Source: Minisyncoccota bacterium
GTDB taxonomy: Bacteria; Patescibacteriota; Minisyncoccia; Phycocordibacterales; UBA6065
Assembly (NCBI GenBank): GCA_041661645.1
Contig: JBAZUA010000004.1
Coordinates: 69,067 to 133,066, forward strand
DNA length: 64,000 bases
Reading direction: 5' to 3'
This document shows, piece after piece, positions 19,450 through 30,143 of the stretch. The notes under the pieces were generated by a model. It did not search any database. It was not told the origin of the DNA and saw only the letters and a list, made by a program, of their open reading frames with translations. Both the position numbers and the translations under genes were made by a program. Every line of letters starts with the position of its first letter. The stretch's first letter is position 1.

Positions 19450-22400
19450 GTGAATTCACTCGCCAAAACCTTCAGGCCGATCATCTTTGGTTTTATTTTG
19501 GTCTCTGGCCTTTTCCTCTCCTCGCACCAGGTCGCGTTCGCGGATGTCTTGTTTCCAGGCAACATAAGTTCTTGTGGAGAACTAGCCGTTACGGGAACGT
19601 ATACTCTCACATCTGACGTCACGGCCTCGCCTGGGCAGGCCTGCTTCACGGTTTCTTCCAATGATGTGACTTTGGATGGTTTCGGATTCACTGTCTTTGG
19701 CGGCAGCGCTTGGGCAATAGATGCCAGGGCATATGACAACGATCGCGTCACCCTCACGAATGGTGCAAACGCATACACGAACCTTATCGTTAACAACATT
19801 GTCTTATCTGGATTCACTGGGGGAGTGAATATAAGTGGAAACACTGATACGAATGGATCGGGTGCGAATGCTGGTTACGGAGGTGCGGGAGGGGATGTTG
19901 CGGTGTTCTACTCGCCGTCGCTCGGCGTGACGGCGAATGGCGGGAACACCTCAACCTATGGGTACGGAGGCGTCGGAGGAAACATCTCCTTCACCGACGA
20001 GAACCTCAACATCTCGACGAGCAATATCTCCGCTCTCGGCGGTACCGGCACGACGGGTCGCAACACCGATGGGGGACTCACTCTTTCATATACTGGGACT
20101 TTTGCACATTCAAATGTCACCCTGAGCACTCTTTCATATCTTAACGAGAACCTAACCTCATTCGGAACATATGTTGGTGGTACCTATCCGATTGTTCCTG
20201 GCACCGTCTCTTCTTGTGGAACTCTCGCAGGGTCGGGAACTTATACTCTTGCTCAGGATATTACAAATATCTCTGGTACTTGTTTTACTCTTAACTCAAA
20301 CGACGTCTTAATTAATGGAGCAGGTTATTCGATCATCGCAGCACCATCGAATACATCTTTCGCCGTACGAGCAGGAAGCTTCTCTGGCCTCACTATCGCA
20401 TCGACGACTGTTACAGACTTTTCAAACCTAGTTATCTCAAGCTCGACAGTGACCATCTCAGGAAACAATCTTGATCTTTCAAATCAATTTATTGCCGCTG
20501 GATCTCTTACTCTTTCATATACAGGGTCATTGACGAAGACGGGTGCGACAGCCACAGCTTTTAGCGCGCTTACGGTGAATGGTACAAGTTATGGGGCACA
20601 GGCTGCGGGAGTTTTGATGGATTGGGTGGTAAGGGAACAGAGCAGGGGCTGGCGGGGCATCACCTCCTCCGCCGACGGCACGAGGCTTGTCGCGGGTGTC
20701 TATGGCGGCCAGATCTACACATCCGCCGACTCCGGCGCCACCTGGACCGCCCGCGACTCGGCCAGGAACTGGTACTCCGTCACGTCCTCCGCCGACGGAA
20801 CCAGGCTTGCCGCCGTGGTTTTAAGCGGCCAGATCTACACCTCGACAGATTCCGGAGTCACCTGGGCGGCCCGCGACTCGGTCAGGAACTGGTACTCCGT
20901 CACGTCCTCCGCCGACGGCACAAAACTCGCGGCGGTAGTCTCTGGCGGACAGATCTACACCTCGACCAATTCCGGCGCCACATGGAGCGCCCGAGATTCA
21001 AACAGGAGCTGGCAATCTGTCGCCTCCTCCGCCGACGGCACAAAACTCGCGGCGACGGTGAATGGCGGCCAGATCTACACCTCGACAGATTCCGGAGTCA
21101 CCTGGGCGGCCCGCGACTCGGTCAGGAACTGGTACTCCGTCACGTCCTCCGCCGACGGCACAAAACTCGCGGCGGTTGTTTACGGCGGACAGATCTACAC
21201 TTCCACCGATTCTGGTGTCACCTGGACCGCCCGCGACTCGGTCAGGAGCTGGCGATCTGTCGCCTCCTCCGCCGACGGCACGAGGCTTGTCGCGGGTGTC
21301 TATGGTGGCCAGATCTACACATCCACCGACTCCGGCGCCACATGGAGCGCCCGCGACTCGGCCAGGAACTGGTACTCCGTCACCTCCTCCGCCGACGGAA
21401 CCAGGCTTGCCGCCGTGGTTTTAAGCGGCCAGATCTACGCCCACCAGGATGACCCTGCTTCATTCGCTGTGGATATTCTTGTGCCTGTTTCAAGTTCAAC
21501 TGTATCTACCTGGTCTCCAATTGTCTCTTGGGGCACCGCCACATCCTGTTACTACTCGTATAATAATTTTACTTCAACTTCTACGGCAAACTGTGCATTG
21601 AACGGTTCTGATATTTCAAATCCAGGATACGGAGATCGTACATTATATGTGAAAGGCATTGATGCTAATGGGACAATCATTCAGAAAAGCTCTACCTATT
21701 ATTTAGGGCTTCCAATTACACCTATATATCCAATCGCGGGAACCACAGCCACATCTTCAGTTTTTTCTGTTAATTGGGATCCCACAAACGCAGGAAACAT
21801 CACTTCCTGTTATTACTCCTACGACGACTTCATCTCGACTTCGACCGCAAACTGTGCTTCGGAGGGTTCTGACATCTCTGTTCCTGTAGATGGTTCGGCG
21901 ACTCTGTATCTAAAAGCAGTTGATTCAAATGGATTGATAGGTAATTCGAATACTTCATTCATTTATCCTTTTTATTTTGCCCGCGACTCGAACAGGAGCT
22001 GGCTTTCCATCACCTCTTCTTCCGACGGGACCAGGCTCGCCGCGGTTGTTACTAACGGACAAATCTATACGTCCACCGACTCAGGTTCCACATGGACCGC
22101 TCGGGAGTCTAATAGGAACTGGCGTGGCATCACTTCTTCCGCCGACGGAACCAAGCTCGCCGCGTTTGTTCAGAATGGTCAGATTTACACTTCCACCGAT
22201 TCTGGTGTCACCTGGACCGCCCGCGACTCGAACAGGACGTGGTATGGTATCACTTCTTCCGCCGATGGAACCAAGCTTGCCGCTATTGTGAGTGGTGGAG
22301 GCCAGATTTACACTTCCACCGATTCTGGTGTCACCTGGACCGCCCGCGACTCGAATAGGAGCTGGTATTCTGTCACCTCCTCATCCGACGGCACCAAGCT

Positions 22401-25400
22401 CGCCGCGGTTGTGAGTGGTGGTCAAATCTACTCCTCGACCGACAGTGGTGTCACTTGGACTGCTCGTGATTCGAATAGGAGCTGGTTCTCTATAACTTCT
22501 TCCGCCGATGGTACGAAGCTTGCCGCGGTTGTTTACGGTGGTCAGATTTACACCTCCACAAACTCCGGGGTCACCTGGACCGCCCGCGACTCGAATAGGA
22601 CGTGGTATGACATCACTTCTTCCGCCGATGGTACGAAGCTCGCTGTGGTTGTTAACAGCGGACAGATTTACACTTCCACCGATTCTGGTGTCACCTGGAC
22701 TGCCAGGGACTCGAGCAGGAACTGGCTCTCGATTACCTCCTCCGCTGACGGCACAAAGCTTGCTTCGGTTGTTGGTGGTGGCCAAATATATACCCATCAA
22801 GATATCAACCCTTCTTTAAAGGTTGACCTGATTACACCTTCTTCTGGCGCGACACTCAGTTCCTGGTCTCCAACTGTTTCCTGGGGCACCGCCACATCTT
22901 GCTACTACTCATATGACAATTTCACCTCTACCTCCACAGCCAATTGTGCGTTGGGTGGTTCTGATGTTTCTAATCCAGGACTTGGATCAAAGACCCTATC
23001 CCTAAGAGGTATAGATTTAAATGGAACCATTGTTCAGAAAGATACAACTTTCTCTTTTGGTGTTCCGTCCGCTACTAATCCGACAGACTCCGCTGTCCTT
23101 ACTTTGTGGAACCCATCTATCAACTGGGATCCTGCCTCTCTGGGAAATATTTCGAGTTGCTATTATTCGTACGATAACTTTATTTCGACATCAACCGTAG
23201 ATTGTCTGGGAACGGGTTCTGATATTTTCTCTCCGACGGTTGACGGAACATCGACTCTTTCCTTGAAGGTTTCCGATTCAAATGGGAATATCGGCACCAC
23301 CAGCATTGCCTTCAGCTTCCTTTTCAGCTGGACGTCTCATGGCCCGTCAGCCGATTGGAACGGTCTCGCCGCTTCTTCGGATGGGATGAAGCTTATTGCT
23401 GCTCCTTGGGGCGGTAATTTGCAAACGTCATCCGATGGTGGCCTTACCTGGGTGGACAGGGGCAACAACAATTTGTGGACACAAGCCGCGTCTTCGGCTG
23501 ACGGTACAAAGTTGCTCGTCGGTGCCTGGACCGGCAGGTTGCAGATGTCTACGACATCGGGGGCCACATGGTTCCTGACGGGTCCCAGTGCGAACTTCTA
23601 TTCGGCTGTCGCGGCCTCTGCCGACGGAACGGTTTTGGCCACCAGCATTTACAATGCAGGTTCCCGAATATATGTATCAACAGATAGCGGCACAAATTGG
23701 GTTGCTCGCGGACCGGTTCTTGCGACGGGGTGGAATGATCTCACTATTTCTTCGAATGGGGCAAAGATGGCCGCTGTCCCTCAGGGCTCAAATCAGATTT
23801 ATACCTCCACCGACTACGGCGTCACCTGGACCGCCCGTGATTCAAATAGGAGTTGGTCCGCTATTAGATCATCGGCTGATGGTGTCAAGCTCATTGCCTT
23901 CGCGGGAAGTCAGATATACGTGTCTTCAGACTCAGGGATCACTTGGACTGCACGGGGACCTAGCAAGACATGGTCGTTTGTCGCCATATCGGGAGACGGG
24001 AGCAAGCTCGCAGCTACCGTCAACAGTAACGGTCAGGTGTGGACATCAAACGACTTTGGCTTGACTTGGACCGCTCGAGAATCAGCGAGGGCGTGGAAGG
24101 AAGTCGTCTTTTCAAACGATGGGTCCAGACTTGCTGTGGCTGTAAGTAATGCTCAGATATACACCTTCAACTCAAATCCCTCCGCTCTTTCCATTTCCCG
24201 GCCAGTGTTTGGGGAAAGTGTTCTTTATAAAAACTGGTCACCCCTCGTGAACTGGAGTACATCGGTATCCTGTTATTATTCTTACAACAACTTCAGTTCC
24301 ACTTCTACCGCATCATGTCTCAACGTTGGGTCTGATATCCTTCCTCCTTCAAGCCAAGGTGTTCAGACTTTATATGTTCGTGGCATAGACGGATCTGGGG
24401 TCATAACGACTGTGAATACGACGTTTGATTTTGACTTTATCTTAACTGCTCGCGATTCAACTAGGAATTGGGTTTCCATCACATCTTCCTCCGACGGCAC
24501 CAAGCTCGCCGCCGTTGTCAACAATGGTCAGATATACACCTCCACGAACTCCGGCGTAAACTGGACCGCCCGCGACTCGAATAGGAGCTGGCGTTCTGTC
24601 ACATCCTCATCCGACGGCACCAAGCTCGTCGCCGTTGTCAACAGTGGTCAGATATACACCTCCACGAACTCCGGCGTAAACTGGACCGCCCGCAACTCAA
24701 ATAAGAATTGGTGGTCTGTCACCTCCTCATCCGACGGCACCAAGCTCGCCGCGGTGGTGAATGGCGGACAGATATACACCTCGACTGACTCAGGTGTCAC
24801 CTGGACCGCCCGCGACTCGAACAGGAGCTGGTATTCTGTCACCTCCTCATCCGACGGCACCAAGCTAGCCGCGGTGGTGAGCGGCGGCCAGATATACACC
24901 TCCACGAACTCCGGCGTAAACTGGACCGCCCGCGACTCGAACAGGACGTGGAATGGTATCACATCTTCCTCCGACGGAACCAAGCTCGCCGCGGTGGTGA
25001 ATGGCGGCCAGATATACACCTCCACGAACTCCGGCGTAAACTGGACCGCCCGCGACTCGAACAGGACGTGGTACGGTATCACTTCTTCCGCCGACGGAAC
25101 CAAGCTCGCCGCCGTTGTCAACAATAGTCAGATATACACCTCGACTGACTCAGGTGTCACCTGGACCGCCCGCGACTCGAATAAGAGTTGGTGGTCTGTT
25201 GTCTCGTCCTCTGACGGTGCAAAGTTGTTCGGAGTCGTTCTGAACGGTCAGATTTACACCTCGGCCCTTTTACCAACAGTCACGTCACCTGCGGCCGGTG
25301 CAACCGTAAACTCTTGGGCACCGGTCGTTTCTTGGGACAGATCATCTTCTTGTCAGTACTCATATGACAATACGAACTGGACCACAGCTTCCTGCACGGG

Positions 25401-28400
25401 TACGGGATCAGAGATAGCCGTCCCTTCATCGATAGGTTCTTTGGTTCTATACATACAAGGAACTGATTTTCTGGGAACTGTCGCTACCTCAAGCTCTTCA
25501 TTCACCTATCTGCCCTTACTCACATCATCCGTCAGTGGTTGTGGGGCGATAGCTTCTTCCGGCACATATACGCTCTCAGGTGACATATCGGGAGTGACGG
25601 GCACCTGTTTCGTGGTCAGTGCCAATAACGTAACTATTAATGGGGCGGGGCATTCGATAACCGCGGCTGGAGGAAACACGAGCTACGCTATTTCTGCCGG
25701 GAATTCATCAAACCTTGTTCTTCAGGACATTTCAATCTCAGGATTCGGTGGTGGACTCGTCAATTCGTATTCAAGCGTTTCCTACACCGGCACCGACGTA
25801 ACCTTCTCTACAACCACAGCAAGCACACTCTCGGTCATTTATACAGGTACCCTTAACGCGATTGAAACCACCGTCTCAAATCTTTTGAGTTTTGTAATAA
25901 ACTCAGTTGATCTCCAGTCGTTTGTTGCTGGACTATTCTCTTGGTCTCAACAGAGCATATCTTCTTGCGGCGCCCTCTCGAGCTCAGGCGTCTACACCCT
26001 CACTCAGGATATATCAAACGTGTCGGGAACCTGTTTCACCATAGGTGCGCGAGCGGTGATCATTGATGGAGATGGTCACACGATCACGGGGGCGAATGGC
26101 AATACTGACTTTGCGTTTGTCGCAACCTCGACAAACGCAAATGCTTACTCGAACATTGCGGTCAAGAATCTCACGCTCGTTGGCTTTAGTGGTGGTGTCG
26201 ACGCGCGCGGCGCCGATGGGGTCACGGGTGATGTATCAGGCAAGCTCGGTGGCAATGTCTCTCTTTACAGCGTAACGTTTCCTACAAGCACGATATCCGT
26301 TGACGCTTCCGGCGGAGATGGCTTCTACGAAAACAACACGACGGCCGAAGGTGGATACGCGGGCGATGTTAAGGCTGTTGATTCGACCCTTGGCGCCGTT
26401 ATCATGAACGGCGGTGATACGAATGGAGACTTGGCTATTGGAAGCAATAATGGGGCTGTTGGTGGGGGAACCCCAGGTTCTCTTTCAAGCATCAATTCAA
26501 CAATAACCCTTACGACGGCAAATTACGGAGGGGCGTATACGCCTGGTTGCATGGACAATTCGTTTACTAATTACGATTCGTCCGCGACATATGACGATGG
26601 AACCTGTACCAACCTTACGATTGGGACGGAGATAGGCAATCCCGCGAACAGCACCATCTCGGGACCGATAGCCTTCTGGGGCTTCTCGAACTCGGGAGTA
26701 ATAGAAGGGGATGCCGAGTATCATGGCATGGATCAATTCTTCGGTAGTTATTATGGTTACGACACTCTTGGAAATATTGGGACAACGACAGGATTTGCCA
26801 ACTTCGTAGATGATTATAATTATGGTGGCGGACCAAACAACTATGGATATGTTGGGGGAGGGGCGAATTTCACCTATTACACAAGTAATTACGGTACGAT
26901 TGATGGTGCCACCATCTTCCAATACGGAAGTAATAACGGAATTATAAATGGCAGCGCCGACTTTACCCAGAACGGAAGTTATGCGGGTTATAACTACGGC
27001 ACAGTGAATGGTGATGCGACGTTTTTTGGTTCCCCGAACGGTTTCGGTACCTACAATTATGGTACTGTGACGGGAACCACGTATTATTACTACGGATGCG
27101 CTAATCCTACGGCCTATAATTATGAGTCTACTGCTTTAAATGACGATGGATTCTCCTGTCAGTATGTCGGTTCGAATCTGGATAACCCTTCTGGTAACAC
27201 TGTCCTCGGACCAATCTATTTCTACGGCCTCTCGAACTTCGGCACCGTGACTGGTGACGCATTCTTCTATTCCGGTGGTGCAAACCAGCCCGACGGAATT
27301 GTCACGGGCAACGCCGACTTCACGAACGGCGGCAGCGATCAGGGCTTCAATTACGGCACCGTTCAAGGTGATGCGACGTTTCAGCATAGTCCTGATGATT
27401 ACTATGGCTACCCTAGCTTTAACCAGGGAACCGTATCGGGAAGCACCTACTATTACTATGGATGCATGGATCCAAACGCGTCAAATTACAATGCGGGTGT
27501 TCTGAACGATGACGCGACTTGCCTCTACTTTGGATCAAACGCTGATCTTCCTGCTGGGAGGACTGCGACCGGACCAATTACCTTTACCGGTGGTTATTCA
27601 AACTACGGCACGGTGAACGGCGACGCGACGTTCGATGTCGGCAGCTATAACTTCGGCACCACGACGGGTGCTGCGACATTCAATGAGTTTACTTCGAATG
27701 CCGGAGTGTTGAGCATTGACGGAAGCTTTACCTTCAATGGTACGGGTATTGTTGGTGGGACGATATATGACGTCAATGCCGCGCCGATAGTTTCGTTCGA
27801 GTTCAGCAACGGCTCCGTGAACTCCTATACGGTGACGGGTGGCAGTACTTTCGACGATGGGACATATAACATCGGCGAGGTTGTTGGCACCGCCACGTTT
27901 GCTGGTTCTTCATACAATGAAGGCACGGTGACTGGTGACGCCCTGCTCAATGACGGCTCATTCAATCTGGGTTCCGTCTCGGGTGATGCCTTTTTCAACA
28001 CCACCTACTACGCTTCCACCACGCCATCGGGCGGCATATTCTCCCTCGAGAACGCTCCTTGGCAGGGAAGCATTGGCGGTGTCGTGTACGGTTCGGACAG
28101 CAATCCCATAACAGAGTATAGATTCTACGGAGGGAACTTCAATTCCAGCACGATACTGGGTAACGCGGTCTTCAATTCATCCTCGTATAATAGCGGCATA
28201 GTGACAGGAAATGTCCTGTTGAACGATACGGGTTATAACGTGCGTACCGTAAACGGAGACCTCACCCTCAACACCACCTACTACGCTTCCACCACGCCGT
28301 CCAATGGCTTGATGGTCATTGCGGACAACACCTGGCAGGGAAGTGTCGGGGGAACCATATATGGTTCAGATAATCTCCCGATCACGAACTTCAGTTTCAT

Positions 28401-29703
28401 CGGCTCTCGAAACAATGCAACGACCATCACGGGCACCGTCTCCTTCTCCGACTCCGCGTACAACGCCGGCACCATAAACGGCACCGCAGCCTTCGGCAAC
28501 AATCGGCCGTTCCGAATGGGCACCATAAACGGTACCTCGACCCTCATGGGAACGAATCAGACCATCACTGGCTCGAATTCTGTTACGATTTTGACCAAGC
28601 AGCTCGGTAGGGACACCCTCTATCTCGGCGCGGGCGCGACCCTCGCTGTCGGTAGTGTCTTCATTGGGGGCGTTGATGGCAACAATCTCCTCACAATCCG
28701 ATCGAACACGCCGGGCAGCTATGCCTCGATCAACATATCTGGCGACACCTCAGGACTCAATTTCATCCGTCTCAAGGACATACACAATACGGGAACGACC
28801 ATAGACTTCAGGGGGAGGACGGTCTATGACGATGGGGGAAATACGGGCTTCATTTTCAACCCAAGCTCACAGCCGGGCCAGCACACCTTCGTGCCCCCAT
28901 CGACGCATATCGTGACCCCGACCGAGAGGGCGGCCACGGCGGCACAGGCTGCCGCCATCGCACGTGCGACCGCCGCCGCCCTGGCAGCACTGCGTTCTAA
29001 CTCGGGCACCGTGAGTGCCGCGCTGCAGGAGTTCCGCCGTGCGACGGCGACGACGCTCCCGACACTTTCCCTGCCCACACTCGCCGTTGGCAGGCTCCCG
29101 ACCCTCGTCTCGCTCCCGACCTTCGGCGGCACGGGCGCCAAGTCATTCTCCTTTGCTGACTCGATAGCGAAATTCCTCTTCGCGCCTCTGCCCGATTCGA
29201 TACAGGCCTCCCTTGGCAGCGCCCCGCGCCTGAAGGCCTACTTTGACTCGATCGGCATCACCACCTCCCAGTCTCTCGTCAGGATATCGACGTCCCCAAT
29301 GACTGTTCCCGCGCTGGATGCGGCGGTGCCTGGCATATACTCGGTGTCAAAGGACGGGAAGGACGTGAGGACCCAGCTCTCCTCGGACGGCAAGGTCACG
29401 CTCCTTCAGTATGTCCAGGCAAAGCCGGGCGACAGGCTCCTAGTGTCCATCGTTCCGACGGACGATGCCAGGGTGACGGCGACCTTTGACGGGAAACCCC
29501 TCTCGTTTGGCGCCTCGAACTCGGCCTTCGTCATTGCCCCTAACAAGGCAGGATCCTATGTCCTGAAGTCATCGGCTTCGCCGATATCCCTCGTGGTGAG
29601 GGTTGTCCCTACGTCCAATGTGACGGTCGTTCCAACTAATGGCGGGGAGGTAAAGCCTAGTGGGTCACTCTGGCACAAGGTACTTAGCTTCTTCGGCTTC
29701 TGA
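19450..29703 (+). CDS. Giant secreted surface protein (3417 aa): four 7-blade BNR/Asp-box propellers, Ig-like linkers, beta-helix-like regions, GC-x-D..NY..DD..C repeats
   Basis: Signal peptide; 40-aa SxDGT..GQIYTSTDSGVTWTARDS repeats at about 20620-21445, 21975-22800, 23325-24170 and 24440-25265. Confidence 0.9.
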   Translation: MNSLAKTFRPIIFGFILVSGLFLSSHQVAFADVLFPGNISSCGELAVTGTYTLTSDVTASPGQACFTVSSNDVTLDGFGFTVFGGSAWAIDARAYDNDRVTLTNGANAYTNLIVNNIVLSGFTGGVNISGNTDTNGSGANAGYGGAGGDVAVFYSPSLGVTANGGNTSTYGYGGVGGNISFTDENLNISTSNISALGGTGTTGRNTDGGLTLSYTGTFAHSNVTLSTLSYLNENLTSFGTYVGGTYPIVPGTVSSCGTLAGSGTYTLAQDITNISGTCFTLNSNDVLINGAGYSIIAAPSNTSFAVRAGSFSGLTIASTTVTDFSNLVISSSTVTISGNNLDLSNQFIAAGSLTLSYTGSLTKTGATATAFSALTVNGTSYGAQAAGVLMDWVVREQSRGWRGITSSADGTRLVAGVYGGQIYTSADSGATWTARDSARNWYSVTSSADGTRLAAVVLSGQIYTSTDSGVTWAARDSVRNWYSVTSSADGTKLAAVVSGGQIYTSTNSGATWSARDSNRSWQSVASSADGTKLAATVNGGQIYTSTDSGVTWAARDSVRNWYSVTSSADGTKLAAVVYGGQIYTSTDSGVTWTARDSVRSWRSVASSADGTRLVAGVYGGQIYTSTDSGATWSARDSARNWYSVTSSADGTRLAAVVLSGQIYAHQDDPASFAVDILVPVSSSTVSTWSPIVSWGTATSCYYSYNNFTSTSTANCALNGSDISNPGYGDRTLYVKGIDANGTIIQKSSTYYLGLPITPIYPIAGTTATSSVFSVNWDPTNAGNITSCYYSYDDFISTSTANCASEGSDISVPVDGSATLYLKAVDSNGLIGNSNTSFIYPFYFARDSNRSWLSITSSSDGTRLAAVVTNGQIYTSTDSGSTWTARESNRNWRGITSSADGTKLAAFVQNGQIYTSTDSGVTWTARDSNRTWYGITSSADGTKLAAIVSGGGQIYTSTDSGVTWTARDSNRSWYSVTSSSDGTKLAAVVSGGQIYSSTDSGVTWTARDSNRSWFSITSSADGTKLAAVVYGGQIYTSTNSGVTWTARDSNRTWYDITSSADGTKLAVVVNSGQIYTSTDSGVTWTARDSSRNWLSITSSADGTKLASVVGGGQIYTHQDINPSLKVDLITPSSGATLSSWSPTVSWGTATSCYYSYDNFTSTSTANCALGGSDVSNPGLGSKTLSLRGIDLNGTIVQKDTTFSFGVPSATNPTDSAVLTLWNPSINWDPASLGNISSCYYSYDNFISTSTVDCLGTGSDIFSPTVDGTSTLSLKVSDSNGNIGTTSIAFSFLFSWTSHGPSADWNGLAASSDGMKLIAAPWGGNLQTSSDGGLTWVDRGNNNLWTQAASSADGTKLLVGAWTGRLQMSTTSGATWFLTGPSANFYSAVAASADGTVLATSIYNAGSRIYVSTDSGTNWVARGPVLATGWNDLTISSNGAKMAAVPQGSNQIYTSTDYGVTWTARDSNRSWSAIRSSADGVKLIAFAGSQIYVSSDSGITWTARGPSKTWSFVAISGDGSKLAATVNSNGQVWTSNDFGLTWTARESARAWKEVVFSNDGSRLAVAVSNAQIYTFNSNPSALSISRPVFGESVLYKNWSPLVNWSTSVSCYYSYNNFSSTSTASCLNVGSDILPPSSQGVQTLYVRGIDGSGVITTVNTTFDFDFILTARDSTRNWVSITSSSDGTKLAAVVNNGQIYTSTNSGVNWTARDSNRSWRSVTSSSDGTKLVAVVNSGQIYTSTNSGVNWTARNSNKNWWSVTSSSDGTKLAAVVNGGQIYTSTDSGVTWTARDSNRSWYSVTSSSDGTKLAAVVSGGQIYTSTNSGVNWTARDSNRTWNGITSSSDGTKLAAVVNGGQIYTSTNSGVNWTARDSNRTWYGITSSADGTKLAAVVNNSQIYTSTDSGVTWTARDSNKSWWSVVSSSDGAKLFGVVLNGQIYTSALLPTVTSPAAGATVNSWAPVVSWDRSSSCQYSYDNTNWTTASCTGTGSEIAVPSSIGSLVLYIQGTDFLGTVATSSSSFTYLPLLTSSVSGCGAIASSGTYTLSGDISGVTGTCFVVSANNVTINGAGHSITAAGGNTSYAISAGNSSNLVLQDISISGFGGGLVNSYSSVSYTGTDVTFSTTTASTLSVIYTGTLNAIETTVSNLLSFVINSVDLQSFVAGLFSWSQQSISSCGALSSSGVYTLTQDISNVSGTCFTIGARAVIIDGDGHTITGANGNTDFAFVATSTNANAYSNIAVKNLTLVGFSGGVDARGADGVTGDVSGKLGGNVSLYSVTFPTSTISVDASGGDGFYENNTTAEGGYAGDVKAVDSTLGAVIMNGGDTNGDLAIGSNNGAVGGGTPGSLSSINSTITLTTANYGGAYTPGCMDNSFTNYDSSATYDDGTCTNLTIGTEIGNPANSTISGPIAFWGFSNSGVIEGDAEYHGMDQFFGSYYGYDTLGNIGTTTGFANFVDDYNYGGGPNNYGYVGGGANFTYYTSNYGTIDGATIFQYGSNNGIINGSADFTQNGSYAGYNYGTVNGDATFFGSPNGFGTYNYGTVTGTTYYYYGCANPTAYNYESTALNDDGFSCQYVGSNLDNPSGNTVLGPIYFYGLSNFGTVTGDAFFYSGGANQPDGIVTGNADFTNGGSDQGFNYGTVQGDATFQHSPDDYYGYPSFNQGTVSGSTYYYYGCMDPNASNYNAGVLNDDATCLYFGSNADLPAGRTATGPITFTGGYSNYGTVNGDATFDVGSYNFGTTTGAATFNEFTSNAGVLSIDGSFTFNGTGIVGGTIYDVNAAPIVSFEFSNGSVNSYTVTGGSTFDDGTYNIGEVVGTATFAGSSYNEGTVTGDALLNDGSFNLGSVSGDAFFNTTYYASTTPSGGIFSLENAPWQGSIGGVVYGSDSNPITEYRFYGGNFNSSTILGNAVFNSSSYNSGIVTGNVLLNDTGYNVRTVNGDLTLNTTYYASTTPSNGLMVIADNTWQGSVGGTIYGSDNLPITNFSFIGSRNNATTITGTVSFSDSAYNAGTINGTAAFGNNRPFRMGTINGTSTLMGTNQTITGSNSVTILTKQLGRDTLYLGAGATLAVGSVFIGGVDGNNLLTIRSNTPGSYASINISGDTSGLNFIRLKDIHNTGTTIDFRGRTVYDDGGNTGFIFNPSSQPGQHTFVPPSTHIVTPTERAATAAQAAAIARATAAALAALRSNSGTVSAALQEFRRATATTLPTLSLPTLAVGRLPTLVSLPTFGGTGAKSFSFADSIAKFLFAPLPDSIQASLGSAPRLKAYFDSIGITTSQSLVRISTSPMTVPALDAAVPGIYSVSKDGKDVRTQLSSDGKVTLLQYVQAKPGDRLLVSIVPTDDARVTATFDGKPLSFGASNSAFVIAPNKAGSYVLKSSASPISLVVRVVPTSNVTVVPTNGGEVKPSGSLWHKVLSFFGF

Positions 29704-29715
29704 TAAACTATTCCC

Positions 29716-30108
29716 ATGAGAAGTCGATGCTTGAAATTAGGGCAGAGGTTGGGGCGTCGGGGCTTGATCGGAGTGGCCATCGGCGTGGCAATCCTCGGGG
29801 GAGCGGTCATGCTCTTCTGGGGCTCGAACAGGCCCAATTTCGCCAAAAGTTTCTCTGCCATAGGCACCGTGTCGAGCACTACCAGCGAGACCCTTTTTAT
29901 CGAGGGGGCCAAGAATTCGGACGGGTCCGAGAGCGCCACGTACGCCTTCTCCCTCTCATCAAAACCAAAAGTCGAGACTAACACGTACGCTTCGTCCACC
30001 TTGGCCCAGATTAGGCTTGGGGACCGTGTCATTGTCCAGGGGACGTCTCTGTCTGGCAAGGTTACCATCCTCAGGATAATCATATTCCCGTCGGTTGCCG
30101 ATAAGTAA
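29716..30108 (+). CDS. Membrane-anchored DUF5666-like (OB-fold) protein
   Basis: TM + KSFSAIGTVSS...LAQIRLGDRVIVQG..RII. Confidence 0.65.
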   Translation: MRSRCLKLGQRLGRRGLIGVAIGVAILGGAVMLFWGSNRPNFAKSFSAIGTVSSTTSETLFIEGAKNSDGSESATYAFSLSSKPKVETNTYASSTLAQIRLGDRVIVQGTSLSGKVTILRIIIFPSVADK

Positions 30109-30143
30109 TCCGTGCTATTATGTGTCGGTAGGCACAGCTAATC

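Noticed and set aside
20620-25265. Diversity-generating retroelement TR/VR pair
   Set aside because: No reverse transcriptase in the window, all repeats are in-frame coding, and differences are not confined to adenines.
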